Assembly: GCA_002392745.1 (NCBI GenBank)
Contig: DGHR01000003.1
Span: forward strand, 65,154-129,153
Origin: Bacteroidales bacterium UBA3843
GTDB lineage: Bacteria > Bacteroidota > Bacteroidia > Bacteroidales > Paludibacteraceae
Length of the DNA: 64,000 nt
Reading direction: 5' to 3'
In this document: positions 52,738 through 61,519 of the stretch, piece by piece
Layout of the letters: every line of letters starts with the position of its first letter
Numbering within the stretch: the first letter of the stretch is position 1
The notes under the pieces: model-generated
What the model saw: the letters and a program-made list of their open reading frames with translations, nothing else
The model's database searches: none
What the model was told of the DNA's origin: nothing
Translations under genes and position numbers: made by a program

Positions 52738-55113
52738 ATGACTAAGAAAACCGAAGATATTGAAGAAATCAAGCAATACGAAGTATTGCCCGTTAGAAAC
52801 ACCGTTTTGTTTCCCGGCGTGCTGATGCCCGTGGCTGTCTCGCGTAAGACCAGTCTCAAGCTTATTAAAGCGGCACACAAGGCGAAACGGCAAATCCTTG
52901 TGCTCGCTCAACGCGACAGTGCTGTTGACGAACCGGACGGAAACGACTTGTACGCGCTGGGAACAATAGCCCGGATTATGCAAATCGTGCCGGTGCCCGA
53001 TATGGACGCCGAAGAGCATGTAATGGCTATTCTGGAAGGCGTAAAACGTGTACAAGCCATTGCTTTTCAGGAGAATGAAACAGGTCTGCTGACCGCGGAG
53101 GTACAGGTGCTGGAGGAACAGATGCCGCTGAAAAACGACAAACAGTTTGCCGCCACCCACGATTCAATCCGTGAACTGGTGCTGAATATCCTCAGCCACC
53201 GCGACAATCCTTCTGCAGACCTCCAACTGACACTCCGTACCATCAACAACGCCCCTACCCTCGTGAACTATGTCTGCGCCACCTATGACATTTCCATGGA
53301 GCAGAAGCAGGAACTTCTGGCTATCGATTCATTGCCGGAAAGAGCCACAGCCATGCTTGCTATCCTGGAGAAAGACAACGAGATGCAGAATATCAAGGCG
53401 GATATACGCCGTCGTACGCATGAGGCGATGGACAAGCAGCAGCGCGAATATTTCCTGCAACAAGAGATAGAAACTATCAAACAGGACCTGGGAGACACCG
53501 GCGCTGAGACTATCAAGGACCTGCGCGAACGCGCCGCCAAACAACACTGGTCTGAAGCCGTGGCTAAGGTCTTTGAGAAAGAACTGCTGCGACTCGAGCG
53601 TATGCCCCTGCACTCGCCGGACTACTCCACTCAACTCAATTATCTGGAGACGTTGCTGGAACTGCCTTGGGGCATTTACAGCGAGGACAACTACGATATG
53701 AAACACGCGCAGGAGGTCCTCAATCGCGACCACTACGGATTGGACAAAGTGAAGGAACGTATCGTCGAATATCTGGCGGTACAACGCCAACTGGGCCTTC
53801 GTAGCGAAAAAGACAAGCGCGAACATCCGGTCAAATCCCCTATCCTGTGTCTCTACGGACCTCCGGGAGTCGGCAAAACCAGTCTCGGCAAGAGTATCGC
53901 AGAGGCGCTCGGACGCAAATATACACGCGTTTCGCTGGGCGGACTGCACGACGAAGCGGAGATACGCGGACACAGACGCACATACATCGGTGCGCTGCCG
54001 GGACGTATTATTGACAGCATCAGAAAATGTGGGACTTCCAACCCCGTCTTTGTGCTCGATGAGATTGATAAAATCGGTGCGGACTACAAGGGCGATCCCA
54101 CTTCAGCCTTGCTCGAAGTGCTGGACCCGGAACAGAACAGTACTTTCCACGACAATTTCCTGGATGTCGATTACAACCTGAGCCAGGTGCTCTTTATCGC
54201 TACAGCCAATAGTCTGGAGACCATCCCGCGGCCGTTGCTGGACAGAATGGAACTGATTGAGATGACTGGATACCTGCAGGAGGAAAAAGAGGAAATAGCC
54301 AAGCGCCACCTCATCCCGAAGGAACTGGCTAACCATGGACTGAAAGCCAACCAGCTGCGCTTGAAAAAGGAAATCATCGGCCATATCATCGACGACTACA
54401 CGCGCGAATCGGGCGTGCGCTCGCTCGAACGGCAAATAGCTACTATCTGCCGCAAGATTGATACCAAACTGGCTCTGAATGAAGAATACAATGTCTCTGT
54501 TACCCTGAATGACCTGCGTGAATATCTGGGACAAGCGCGTTTTAGCCGCGACAGTTGGGAGACCAACAAATATGTGGGGGTTGTTACGGGCTTGGCTTGG
54601 ACACAGGTCGGCGGAGAGATTCTGTTCATCGAGACCAGCCTCTCTGCCGCCAAATCGCCGTCACTGACGCTTACCGGCAACCTGGGAGATGTGATGAAAG
54701 AGAGCGCTACACTCGCACTCGGTTATGTGAAGGCCCATGCTAAACAGTTGGGCATCAAACCCGATGTGTTCGAAAAAACGGCTGTGCATATCCACGTGCC
54801 GGAAGGCGCTATACCCAAAGACGGCCCAAGTGCAGGAATAACCATGACAACGGCGCTGGTCAGTGCCTTTACAGGCCGACTGGTCAAACCGCGTATCGCG
54901 ATGACTGGAGAAATGACCCTGCGCGGCAAAGTACTGCCTATTGGCGGTGTGAAAGAAAAACTGCTGGCTGCCAAACGCGCGGGTATCACGGATATTATCC
55001 TCTGCGAGGACAATAGAAAGGATGTGGTGGAAATACCGGAGATATACCTGAAAGGTCTGCATTTCCACTTTGTGCATGACATCAGCGAGGTACTAAAAGA
55101 AGCGCTCCAATAA
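52738..55113 (+). CDS. lon: ATP-dependent Lon protease (endopeptidase La)
   Basis: 791 aa with the LON N-domain (VLPVRNTVLFPGVLMPVAV), Walker A GPPGVGKTS, protease Ser motif PKDGPSAG and catalytic Lys in GGVKEKLLAAKRAG. Confidence 0.96.
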   Translation: MTKKTEDIEEIKQYEVLPVRNTVLFPGVLMPVAVSRKTSLKLIKAAHKAKRQILVLAQRDSAVDEPDGNDLYALGTIARIMQIVPVPDMDAEEHVMAILEGVKRVQAIAFQENETGLLTAEVQVLEEQMPLKNDKQFAATHDSIRELVLNILSHRDNPSADLQLTLRTINNAPTLVNYVCATYDISMEQKQELLAIDSLPERATAMLAILEKDNEMQNIKADIRRRTHEAMDKQQREYFLQQEIETIKQDLGDTGAETIKDLRERAAKQHWSEAVAKVFEKELLRLERMPLHSPDYSTQLNYLETLLELPWGIYSEDNYDMKHAQEVLNRDHYGLDKVKERIVEYLAVQRQLGLRSEKDKREHPVKSPILCLYGPPGVGKTSLGKSIAEALGRKYTRVSLGGLHDEAEIRGHRRTYIGALPGRIIDSIRKCGTSNPVFVLDEIDKIGADYKGDPTSALLEVLDPEQNSTFHDNFLDVDYNLSQVLFIATANSLETIPRPLLDRMELIEMTGYLQEEKEEIAKRHLIPKELANHGLKANQLRLKKEIIGHIIDDYTRESGVRSLERQIATICRKIDTKLALNEEYNVSVTLNDLREYLGQARFSRDSWETNKYVGVVTGLAWTQVGGEILFIETSLSAAKSPSLTLTGNLGDVMKESATLALGYVKAHAKQLGIKPDVFEKTAVHIHVPEGAIPKDGPSAGITMTTALVSAFTGRLVKPRIAMTGEMTLRGKVLPIGGVKEKLLAAKRAGITDIILCEDNRKDVVEIPEIYLKGLHFHFVHDISEVLKEALQ

Positions 55114-55129
55114 AGCGCTTCTTTTTTTT
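55096..55129 (+). terminator. rho-independent terminator overlapping the lon stop
   Basis: AAGAAGCGCT-ccaataa-AGCGCTTCTT hairpin followed by T7. Confidence 0.75.
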
Positions 55130-55165
55130 AGTATCATAACAAGCGTTCGGCATTATGCGGAATAA

Positions 55166-55250
55166 GACCGGCTATACCAGACAGAATACAGATCGGCTAC
55201 ACCTGACAGAATACAGACCGGCTACACATGACAGAATATAGACCGATAAT
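55166..55250 (+). repeat. 25-nt tandem repeat x3.4 (GACCGGCTACACCTGACAGAATACA consensus)
   Basis: Copies at 55166-55190, 55191-55215 and 55216-55240, plus a partial copy. There are a few substitutions per copy and no spacers. Confidence 0.9.
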
Positions 55251-55316
55251 GATTGGTAAAACCTCATCCCGCCCCTCTCTTCATGAGAGGGAGAAAGGGA
55301 TTGGTAAAAAACAACT

Positions 55317-55344
55317 ATAACCAATAACCTATAACCAATAACCT
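55317..55344 (+). repeat. 14-nt perfect tandem duplication (ATAACCAATAACCT x2)
   Basis: 55317-55330 equals 55331-55344. It is followed by related ttaaccttta/cccattacc low-complexity sequence. Confidence 0.85.
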
Positions 55345-55362
55345 TTAACCTTTACCCATTAC

Positions 55363-55752
55363 CTATCTCGACATAAACTCCTCAAAGGTATTATCGGAAT
55401 AATAGACTACAATCTTTGTAATCTGCTTGGCGGGAGCTGCTATTACCTGCGGCTCCTCTTTGGGCATATCCGTACGCGTTTTCTTGGTTCCGTCTGGCGG
55501 CAACGCGTCAAAGAGCCCTGCTTCCTGGCCGGGAACGGTGCGCCACATCTCACCTTTACCTACAACCAGCCACTCCGGATTCAGGGTCGGATACCTTTCC
55601 ATGATACGTTTCATCACATCCAGACTCGGATTGTTGCGGCCAGCCATCATATTGCTGATAGTACCAGGCTGTACGTGTATCTCAGCGGCAAACTGACGGG
55701 CTGTTAATCCTAAGCTTTCTTGCACCTGTTTAATGCGCTCTCTCTCGTTCAT
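55363..55752 (-). CDS. XRE-family (Cro/CI-type) helix-turn-helix transcriptional regulator
   Basis: 129 aa. IKQVQESLGLTARQFAAEIHVQPGTISNMMAGRNNPSLDVMKRI is a canonical HTH_3 domain. Confidence 0.85.
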   Translation of the reverse strand: MNERERIKQVQESLGLTARQFAAEIHVQPGTISNMMAGRNNPSLDVMKRIMERYPTLNPEWLVVGKGEMWRTVPGQEAGLFDALPPDGTKKTRTDMPKEEPQVIAAPAKQITKIVVYYSDNTFEEFMSR

Positions 55753-55816
55753 AAGAAAAATATTTTCAAATATTCAATTCTCAGATAAAATAATACGGCA
55801 TTTTGTAAAACCGCTG

Positions 55817-55824
55817 CAAAGGTA
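55817..55824 (-). promoter_or_regulatory. candidate -7 box (TAccTTTG) for the XRE regulator gene
   Basis: The reverse complement of caaaggta, 65 nt upstream of the ATG at 55752. A TTTG lies about 20 nt upstream and overlaps the palindrome at 55842-55853. Confidence 0.45.
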
Positions 55825-55841
55825 CAAAAAAATATCGAAAT

Positions 55842-55853
55842 ACACAAATGTGT
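55842..55853. promoter_or_regulatory. near-palindromic operator candidate ACACAAATGTGT
   Basis: Inverted ACACA/TGTGT arms. A 16-nt block, acacaa[a/t]tgtgtgca, is shared with 56322-56337. It overlaps the -33 region of the XRE gene promoter. Confidence 0.3.
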
Positions 55854-56321
55854 GCAGCATTTTGTTGTGAATATTTTTTCACATTTGTGAATATCAGAAA
55901 CCTATTCTGTGTTCACATTCATAACCACACCGTCCTTTCTCTCATGCCTCTGCCGGAAGTACCCCACAGACACTGACAAATGCAACCATAGTGCGTAAAT
56001 ATATCGTTCTTTTAGTCTAATTAAACGGCATAAACTGCTGATTATTAGCAATTTGCAACAACAACACAAAGTATTCATGTGTCTTTTGCTGACTGTTTGC
56101 ATATTTACATATTTTGTCTTAAAGTGTTAGTTTATATAAAATCACTATCTGTTGATTTTCAGCAAATTATATTTGTAGTAAATAAGTATATGCTTTGGTT
56201 TCCGCATTCTCTCCATCCGGAATATTGAGGCGTATTCATGCGTTCACTCCCCTACTCTGTTAATACATTGGGTTATCAGATTTGAGGTAAATTTATCTGC
56301 CGGATATTCATTTTGTGAACG

Positions 56322-56333
56322 ACACAATTGTGT
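56322..56333. promoter_or_regulatory. perfect 12-bp palindrome ACACAATTGTGT (operator candidate)
   Basis: Self-complementary 12-mer, related to 55842-55853, lying about 90 nt upstream of the box at 56413. Confidence 0.3.
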
Positions 56334-56354
56334 GCATTTTCTACTTGTTTTGCG

Positions 56355-56428
56355 TTCACATTTATTCCGCAAAAATTCACACATTTTTCTTGCATAATTC
56401 ACAAGAATATACTACCTTTGCATTCACA
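56355..56428 (+). promoter_or_regulatory. four phased TTCACA direct repeats spanning a promoter
   Basis: TTCACA at 56355, 56376, 56398 and 56423, with spacings of 21, 22 and 25 nt. The last one lies between the -7 box and the ATG at 56430. Confidence 0.35.
56413..56420 (+). promoter_or_regulatory. candidate -7 box (TAccTTTG)
   Basis: tacctttg lies 10 nt upstream of the ATG at 56430, with cttgcataat about 20 nt upstream. Confidence 0.4.
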
Positions 56429-56429
56429 A

Positions 56430-56576
56430 ATGAAAGAGAGACTTTCTATATTATTCAATAAGCTTCAATCTGCACTCTTGCAGTTATTCATTGAGGCAAA
56501 TGATAACTCTTCCCTAACCGATGGTAGCGACAACTGCTACACCGGTGCGCATTGTGGTACTTTTAACCGCAAGTAG
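56430..56576 (+). CDS. speculative 48-aa small ORF (near-leaderless); could instead be a non-coding transcript
   Basis: MKERLSILFNKLQSALLQLFIEANDNSSLTDGSDNCYTGAHCGTFNRK. The only support is its position right after a consensus-like promoter. Confidence 0.2.
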   Translation: MKERLSILFNKLQSALLQLFIEANDNSSLTDGSDNCYTGAHCGTFNRK

Positions 56577-56619
56577 CAATAATTTTCTCCATACATTTGC
56601 ATATATGCAAAAAAAAGTG

Positions 56620-56627
56620 TATCTTTG
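56620..56627 (+). promoter_or_regulatory. candidate -7 box (TAtcTTTG), same A8/palindrome promoter family as 47241 and 51375
   Basis: tttgcatatatgcaaaaaaaagtgtatctttgcagtcgcaaatg, 23 nt upstream of the ATG at 56650. Confidence 0.45.
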
Positions 56628-56649
56628 CAGTCGCAAATGAGTTTTCTAT

Positions 56650-57525
56650 ATGGAGGATGTCAAACAAACCTTGCCGCAAGAGCAGGAATGGACAACTGTT
56701 ATCAAGCCCAAAAATAAGTTACTGAGCGTAGACCTGAATGAGATTTGGCGCTATCGGGACCTGATGTTTTTGTTTGTAAAACGTAATATCATCACGCAAT
56801 ACAAACAGACCGTTCTTGGCCCGTTATGGTATTTGATACAGCCGATGATGACAACTATCATGTACATGGTTGTGTTCGGCGGTATAGCGAAGATCTCGAC
56901 AGACGGTCTCCCCCAGCCTTTGTTCTATCTGGCGGGTATCAGTTTCTGGCAGTATTTTGCGGATTGTCTGAACAAGACCAGTAACACCTTTGTCAACAAC
57001 GCCGGAATTTTCGGCAAAGTCTATTTCCCGCGTTTGGTGACTCCTCTGAGCGACGTTATCAGCAATCTGGTGCGGTTTGGCATACAGTTCGGATTGTTCC
57101 TGTGCGTGTACGCGTATTACCTTATATTTACGGACGCAAACGTATGCCCTAATTGGTATGCCCTTCTCTTCCCCTTCCTGGTAATGATGCTGGCGGGCCT
57201 GGCGTTGGGATTCGGAATCTTGTTTTCCAGTATGACCACCAAATATCGGGACCTGCAATTGCTCCTCGGTTTCTTTGTCAGCCTCTGGATGTACGCAACG
57301 CCGGTAATCTATCCGCTATCTACTATCACGAATGAGAAAATACTCTTTGTGATGAAACTCAATCCGCTGACGGGTATCATAGAGTTCTTCAAGTACGGTT
57401 TTCTGGGCGTTGGCTGCCACGAATGGTGGATGTTGGGATATAGCTTCTGCTTTATGGTGGTTCTGCTTGCTGTCGGAATCGTTGTATTCAACAAGGTGCA
57501 GCGCTCGTTTATGGACACTGTCTGA
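56650..57525 (+). CDS. ABC-2-type exporter permease (Wzm/TagG/KpsM-like)
   Basis: 291 aa. IWRYRDLMFLFVKRNIITQYKQTVLGPLWYLIQP is the typical ABC-2 N-terminal signature, with 6 TM segments. No ATPase gene is adjacent. Confidence 0.85.
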   Translation: MEDVKQTLPQEQEWTTVIKPKNKLLSVDLNEIWRYRDLMFLFVKRNIITQYKQTVLGPLWYLIQPMMTTIMYMVVFGGIAKISTDGLPQPLFYLAGISFWQYFADCLNKTSNTFVNNAGIFGKVYFPRLVTPLSDVISNLVRFGIQFGLFLCVYAYYLIFTDANVCPNWYALLFPFLVMMLAGLALGFGILFSSMTTKYRDLQLLLGFFVSLWMYATPVIYPLSTITNEKILFVMKLNPLTGIIEFFKYGFLGVGCHEWWMLGYSFCFMVVLLAVGIVVFNKVQRSFMDTV

Positions 57526-57563
57526 TGGACCGTTGCTGATTTCCCAATACGCTTCGTAGTTTC

Positions 57564-58433
57564 ATGATTTACTACCCTAACTGCAAAATCAATCTGGGTC
57601 TGCGCGTGATTGACAGACGCGAGGACGGCTACCATACTATTGAGACGGTGTTCGTCCCGGTATATGCGTTGCACGACGAACTGGAGGTAACGCCTGCAGA
57701 CGCTTTCTCGTTTGTACAGCAGGGACTCGTTGTGGATTGTCCGGCAGAGGAGAATCTGATAGTCCGTTGCTACAGACAGATGGCTGCCCGCTATCCGCAG
57801 ATCCGCCCCGTTGCTGTCCGGTTTCGGAAAAACATCCCTTTTGGCGCCGGTTTGGGAGGAGGCAGTAGCGATGCTGCGCATATGGCTATAGCCCTGAATG
57901 ATTTGTTTGGACTCGGTCTGAGCCGTGAACAATTGGCGGCAGAGGTCCGTTCGTTAGGCGCCGATTGTCCGTTCTTTATATATAATACCGCATGTTTTGC
58001 CGAAGGAATCGGAGACATACTGACTCCTGTCTCGCTTGATCTGAGCCGTTTCCGCATATTGCTCGTCAAACCGACCGAAAGTGTTAGCACGCGCGAGGCA
58101 TACGCAGGTATCGCTTTGCATCCGGAAGCCGCCGGCAAACTGATGGCGTGCCTGACCAATCCGGATATTCCTGCGCTGCTGCAAAAAGAGACACCCGTCA
58201 TTAATGACTTCGAACAGACCGTCTTCCCGCTCCATCCGGCTATCGCAAAAATAAAACAGCGCATGCTGGATGCAGGCGCTGTTTATGCAAGTATGAGCGG
58301 CAGTGGGTCAACCGTGTTTGGACTTTTTGAGAACAATCCGGAAAGTAGTTCCTATTCCCGGTTGGGAATGCTTGAGCAGGAGTTTGCCTCCATGGTATTG
58401 CTCAACGATTCGCTTGGCCAATGGAAGGCCTAA
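57564..58433 (+). CDS. ispE: 4-(cytidine 5'-diphospho)-2-C-methyl-D-erythritol kinase
   Basis: 289 aa with the KINLGLRV N-terminus, GHMP-kinase motif PFGAGLGGGSSDAA, and C-terminal MSGSGSTVFG. Confidence 0.9.
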   Translation: MIYYPNCKINLGLRVIDRREDGYHTIETVFVPVYALHDELEVTPADAFSFVQQGLVVDCPAEENLIVRCYRQMAARYPQIRPVAVRFRKNIPFGAGLGGGSSDAAHMAIALNDLFGLGLSREQLAAEVRSLGADCPFFIYNTACFAEGIGDILTPVSLDLSRFRILLVKPTESVSTREAYAGIALHPEAAGKLMACLTNPDIPALLQKETPVINDFEQTVFPLHPAIAKIKQRMLDAGAVYASMSGSGSTVFGLFENNPESSSYSRLGMLEQEFASMVLLNDSLGQWKA

Positions 58434-59423
58434 TCCCCAGCCGCGTTCCTTAGTGGTATATCCGGCATCGAATATATGCCTCTGGACCGAAGTGTCCATT
58501 CCTCTGCCGTTATCCGAAATATCCAGCATTATATCGTGTTCATTCTCATGAATCTGAAACGATATACTGCCCTCTCCCGCCATGGCATCTACGGCATTTT
58601 TCAATATATTCTCTATCACCCATTGCATCAGCGGTGCGTTTAATTCCAACCGACGCTCAATTCCGGCAAGAGCAGTGGTGTCTATTTGAATCTTACTGCC
58701 TGCGCGTGGACGCATATAATTGACGGCATCCATTATAACCGGAATCAAATCCATTGTTGCCAGTTCCGGTTCGCTTCCTATCTTCTGGAAACGGTCGGCG
58801 ATAATCTGCAGACGGTCGATATCGCGCTTCATCTGCGGGATATACGGGTCGTTGGGATAACTGTCTGCCAATAGTTGCTGCCAGGCGTTTAGCGATGAAA
58901 TAGGTGTGCCTAACTGATGAGCAGTCTCTTTGCTCAATCCTACCCACAATCTGTTTTGCTCACTGCGCTGAGCTGTCAGCATCATAATTACAGAGATGGC
59001 AATAAAGATGAAAATCAATGCAAACTGTGCAAACGGCACATAGCGGAGCTGGGTCAGCAGTTGGCTGTCATCGTAGTATATATACTGCTCGACGCCCTCT
59101 GCTATCTTGATGGTAATCGGTCCGTGCAATGTACGCGGGTCTGCAACTGCTCGTGTGACGTTTCTGCTGGCCAGCACGTTTCCTTCTGCATCGCATATAT
59201 ATACAGGAATGGTGGCGTTCCCCTCTATAATGGAAGTCACAAAGTCTATATCTGCTTCCTCGTCCGCCAGTATGAGTTGACGCGTCGCTTCAGCCCATAC
59301 AGCCATGTTTTTCTGTTCCTCCTGCTGCAGTTTATGCGAGAGGTTGTTGGTAAATAATACTGAAATAGCCACGATAAACATGGCTATTATCAGTACTATT
59401 GTTCCGATTTGTCGGTTATTCAT
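58308..59423 (-). CDS. sensor histidine kinase (two TM segments, HisKA plus HATPase_c)
   Basis: 371 aa with H-box ETAHQLGTPISSL, N-box ENILKNAVDA, G1 DNGRGM and G2 GWGLGL. Its 3' end overlaps the ispE 3' end by 126 nt. Confidence 0.88.
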   Translation of the reverse strand: MNNRQIGTIVLIIAMFIVAISVLFTNNLSHKLQQEEQKNMAVWAEATRQLILADEEADIDFVTSIIEGNATIPVYICDAEGNVLASRNVTRAVADPRTLHGPITIKIAEGVEQYIYYDDSQLLTQLRYVPFAQFALIFIFIAISVIMMLTAQRSEQNRLWVGLSKETAHQLGTPISSLNAWQQLLADSYPNDPYIPQMKRDIDRLQIIADRFQKIGSEPELATMDLIPVIMDAVNYMRPRAGSKIQIDTTALAGIERRLELNAPLMQWVIENILKNAVDAMAGEGSISFQIHENEHDIMLDISDNGRGMDTSVQRHIFDAGYTTKERGWGLGLPLAKRIVEQYHGGKLLLKHSQPGIGTTFRIVLKKSKHG

Positions 59424-59442
59424 AAAAAACGGTATTCTGCTA

Positions 59443-60618
59443 TCAGCCGAGCATGGTCAGAAGCACTCCGGCTGCTACGGCCGAACCGATCACACCTGCT
59501 ACGTTCGGTCCCATTGCGTGCATCAGCAGGAAGTTCGACGGATTCTCCTCTTGACCCACTGTCTGGCTTACACGAGCAGCCATCGGTACTGCCGAAACAC
59601 CGGCCGAACCAATCAGCGGATTGATTTTGTCCTTGAGGAAGAGGTTCATGAACTTAGCCAGCAACACACCTCCTGCACTACCCAATCCGAAGGCAATGAT
59701 ACCCATCGCCAAAATCATGAGTGTTTGCAGATTGAGGAAACTACCTGCTGTAGCTGTAGCTCCGACAGACAAACCGAGGAAAATAACTACGATGTTCATC
59801 AGTTCGTTTTGTGCCGTCTTGCTCAATCGGTCTACGACGCCGCACTCTTTCATCAGGTTGCCGAGCATCAAGCATCCGATCAGCGGTGCAGCATCCGGTA
59901 AGATAAGCGCTACGATGGCTGTAATGATAATCGGGAACACAATCTTCTCGGTCTTGCTAACTGGACGAAGCTGTCCCATCTTGATGGCTCGCTCCTTCTT
60001 AGTCGTCAGCGCGCGCATGATAGGCGGCTGAATGACCGGCACGAGCGCCATGTAACTATAGGCTGCGATAGCAATCGGGCCCAAGAGATGCGGAGCCAGC
60101 TTGGAGGTAAGGAAGATAGATGTAGGTCCATCTGCACCACCGATGATTCCAATGGAACCGGCTTCAGCGGGTGTAAAGCCAAGCGCGTTGGCGCAAAGGA
60201 AAGTCACGAAGATTCCTATCTGCGCTGCAGCACCCAGGACGAGTGATTTCGGGTTGGCAATCAGCGGACCGAAGTCAGTCATGGCACCTACGCCGATAAA
60301 TATCAGACACGGATACACGCCAGCTTTGACACCGATATACAGTACGTCCAACAAACCGCCCTCTTTGAGGATTGCTCCATAGGAATGGTAGGCCGGGCTG
60401 GACGGATCCAGAAACGCAGACCATAATTCGCTGTGAAACATACCTGCGCCCGGCAAGTTGGTCAACAACATGCCAAAAGCAATCGGAAGAAGCAATAACG
60501 GTTCGTATTTCTTATGGATGGCCAGGTACAGCAGAAAGAAACTGATAAGCAACATTAGTCCCTGTTGCCATGTCATCTGCATGAACCCCATCCCTTGAAA
60601 AAATTCCAAAATATCCAT
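59443..60618 (-). CDS. Na+-translocating decarboxylase beta subunit (OadB/GcdB/MmdB family)
   Basis: 391 aa. Polytopic membrane protein with the conserved [11 protein letters not shown] and MGPNVAG segments of this family. Confidence 0.92.
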   Translation of the reverse strand: MDILEFFQGMGFMQMTWQQGLMLLISFFLLYLAIHKKYEPLLLLPIAFGMLLTNLPGAGMFHSELWSAFLDPSSPAYHSYGAILKEGGLLDVLYIGVKAGVYPCLIFIGVGAMTDFGPLIANPKSLVLGAAAQIGIFVTFLCANALGFTPAEAGSIGIIGGADGPTSIFLTSKLAPHLLGPIAIAAYSYMALVPVIQPPIMRALTTKKERAIKMGQLRPVSKTEKIVFPIIITAIVALILPDAAPLIGCLMLGNLMKECGVVDRLSKTAQNELMNIVVIFLGLSVGATATAGSFLNLQTLMILAMGIIAFGLGSAGGVLLAKFMNLFLKDKINPLIGSAGVSAVPMAARVSQTVGQEENPSNFLLMHAMGPNVAGVIGSAVAAGVLLTMLG

Positions 60619-60659
60619 TTGGCAATTTTTAATTAGTGATTTGTAAATGGTAAGTTATA

Positions 60660-61100
60660 TTAGCCGAGAACAACGAGCACGTCATCCTGCATCACATTCT
60701 GGCCGGCAGCTACCAAAATCTGTTTAATTGTGGCATCCTGCTCTGCCATGATGGCATTCTCCATTTTCATGGACTCCAGGGTCAGAAGAGTGTCGCCTTT
60801 CTTGACAGCCTGTCCTTCGCTTACCAATACTTTGATAACCGAACCGGGCAGCGGACTCTTTACTTTGATGCCGTCTGCGGCAACAGGTGCTGCGGGTTTT
60901 GCTTCTGCTTTAGGAGCAGCCGGTGCTGCTGCCGGTGCTGCTGCCTTGGGAGCTATCGGTTTCGGAGCCGGAGCAGCCGGTTTCTCGGTTTCTACTTGGT
61001 AGGTCTTGCCATTGACGGTTACATTGGTTAAACCTGCCTCTATTTCTTCTACTGCGCATTTATATTCTGCGCCATTGATTTTGAATGAAAATTCTTTCAT
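60660..61100 (-). CDS. biotin carboxyl-carrier subunit of the decarboxylase (MmdC-like)
   Basis: Biotinyl domain with the LESMKMEN attachment motif, preceded by an Ala/Pro-rich linker. The start is taken at the ATG at 61100 (MKEFSFKINGAEY). Confidence 0.85.
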   Translation of the reverse strand: MKEFSFKINGAEYKCAVEEIEAGLTNVTVNGKTYQVETEKPAAPAPKPIAPKAAAPAAAPAAPKAEAKPAAPVAADGIKVKSPLPGSVIKVLVSEGQAVKKGDTLLTLESMKMENAIMAEQDATIKQILVAAGQNVMQDDVLVVLG

Positions 61101-61136
61101 ATGTATTAATAATTGTTCTGCCACAAGGGCACGATG

Positions 61137-61517
61137 TTAAAATCCTTTGTTGTTTAATCCGATTTCTTTGGCGTTCCAAGCCGTGTTGCGTGCTTGGGGT
61201 TTGATCATCGCCGTCGGCACGTCATGATTCTTGCCGCTATAGAGATACAATGCATAGGCAATTGCTGCCTTGTCATCGTCGTCTCCGGCTTTTGCCAAAG
61301 CCATGGCAATTGCTGCCTCTGTGGCTTCATTGGATGGTACTGTTGCTGCTTTTTGTATTTTCTCTGCAGTTTTCGGACTTTTGGGTGCAGTGAGTTTCTG
61401 CATGCACCAACCGAAGAACTGCATGATAAATACCAGACAGAACAGCAAAACAAGCACTATTCCGAAACCAAGACCGGTAACAATCCAAGTATCTGTAGTA
61501 ACTGCTAAAAGTATCAT
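61137..61517 (-). CDS. OadG-like small membrane subunit (MmdD-like)
   Basis: 126 aa with one N-terminal TM (GLGFGIVLVLLFCLVFIMQFF), typical of OadG-family subunits. It sits between the carboxyltransferase and biotin-carrier genes. Confidence 0.7.
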   Translation of the reverse strand: MILLAVTTDTWIVTGLGFGIVLVLLFCLVFIMQFFGWCMQKLTAPKSPKTAEKIQKAATVPSNEATEAAIAMALAKAGDDDDKAAIAYALYLYSGKNHDVPTAMIKPQARNTAWNAKEIGLNNKGF

Positions 61518-61519
61518 AA

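Noticed and set aside
55166-55250. Whether the tandem repeats at 55166-55250 and 23506-23542 are a CRISPR array.
   Set aside because: The repeat units abut one another with no unique spacers. The units are 25 nt and 11 nt, only about 3 copies are present, and there are no cas genes in the window.
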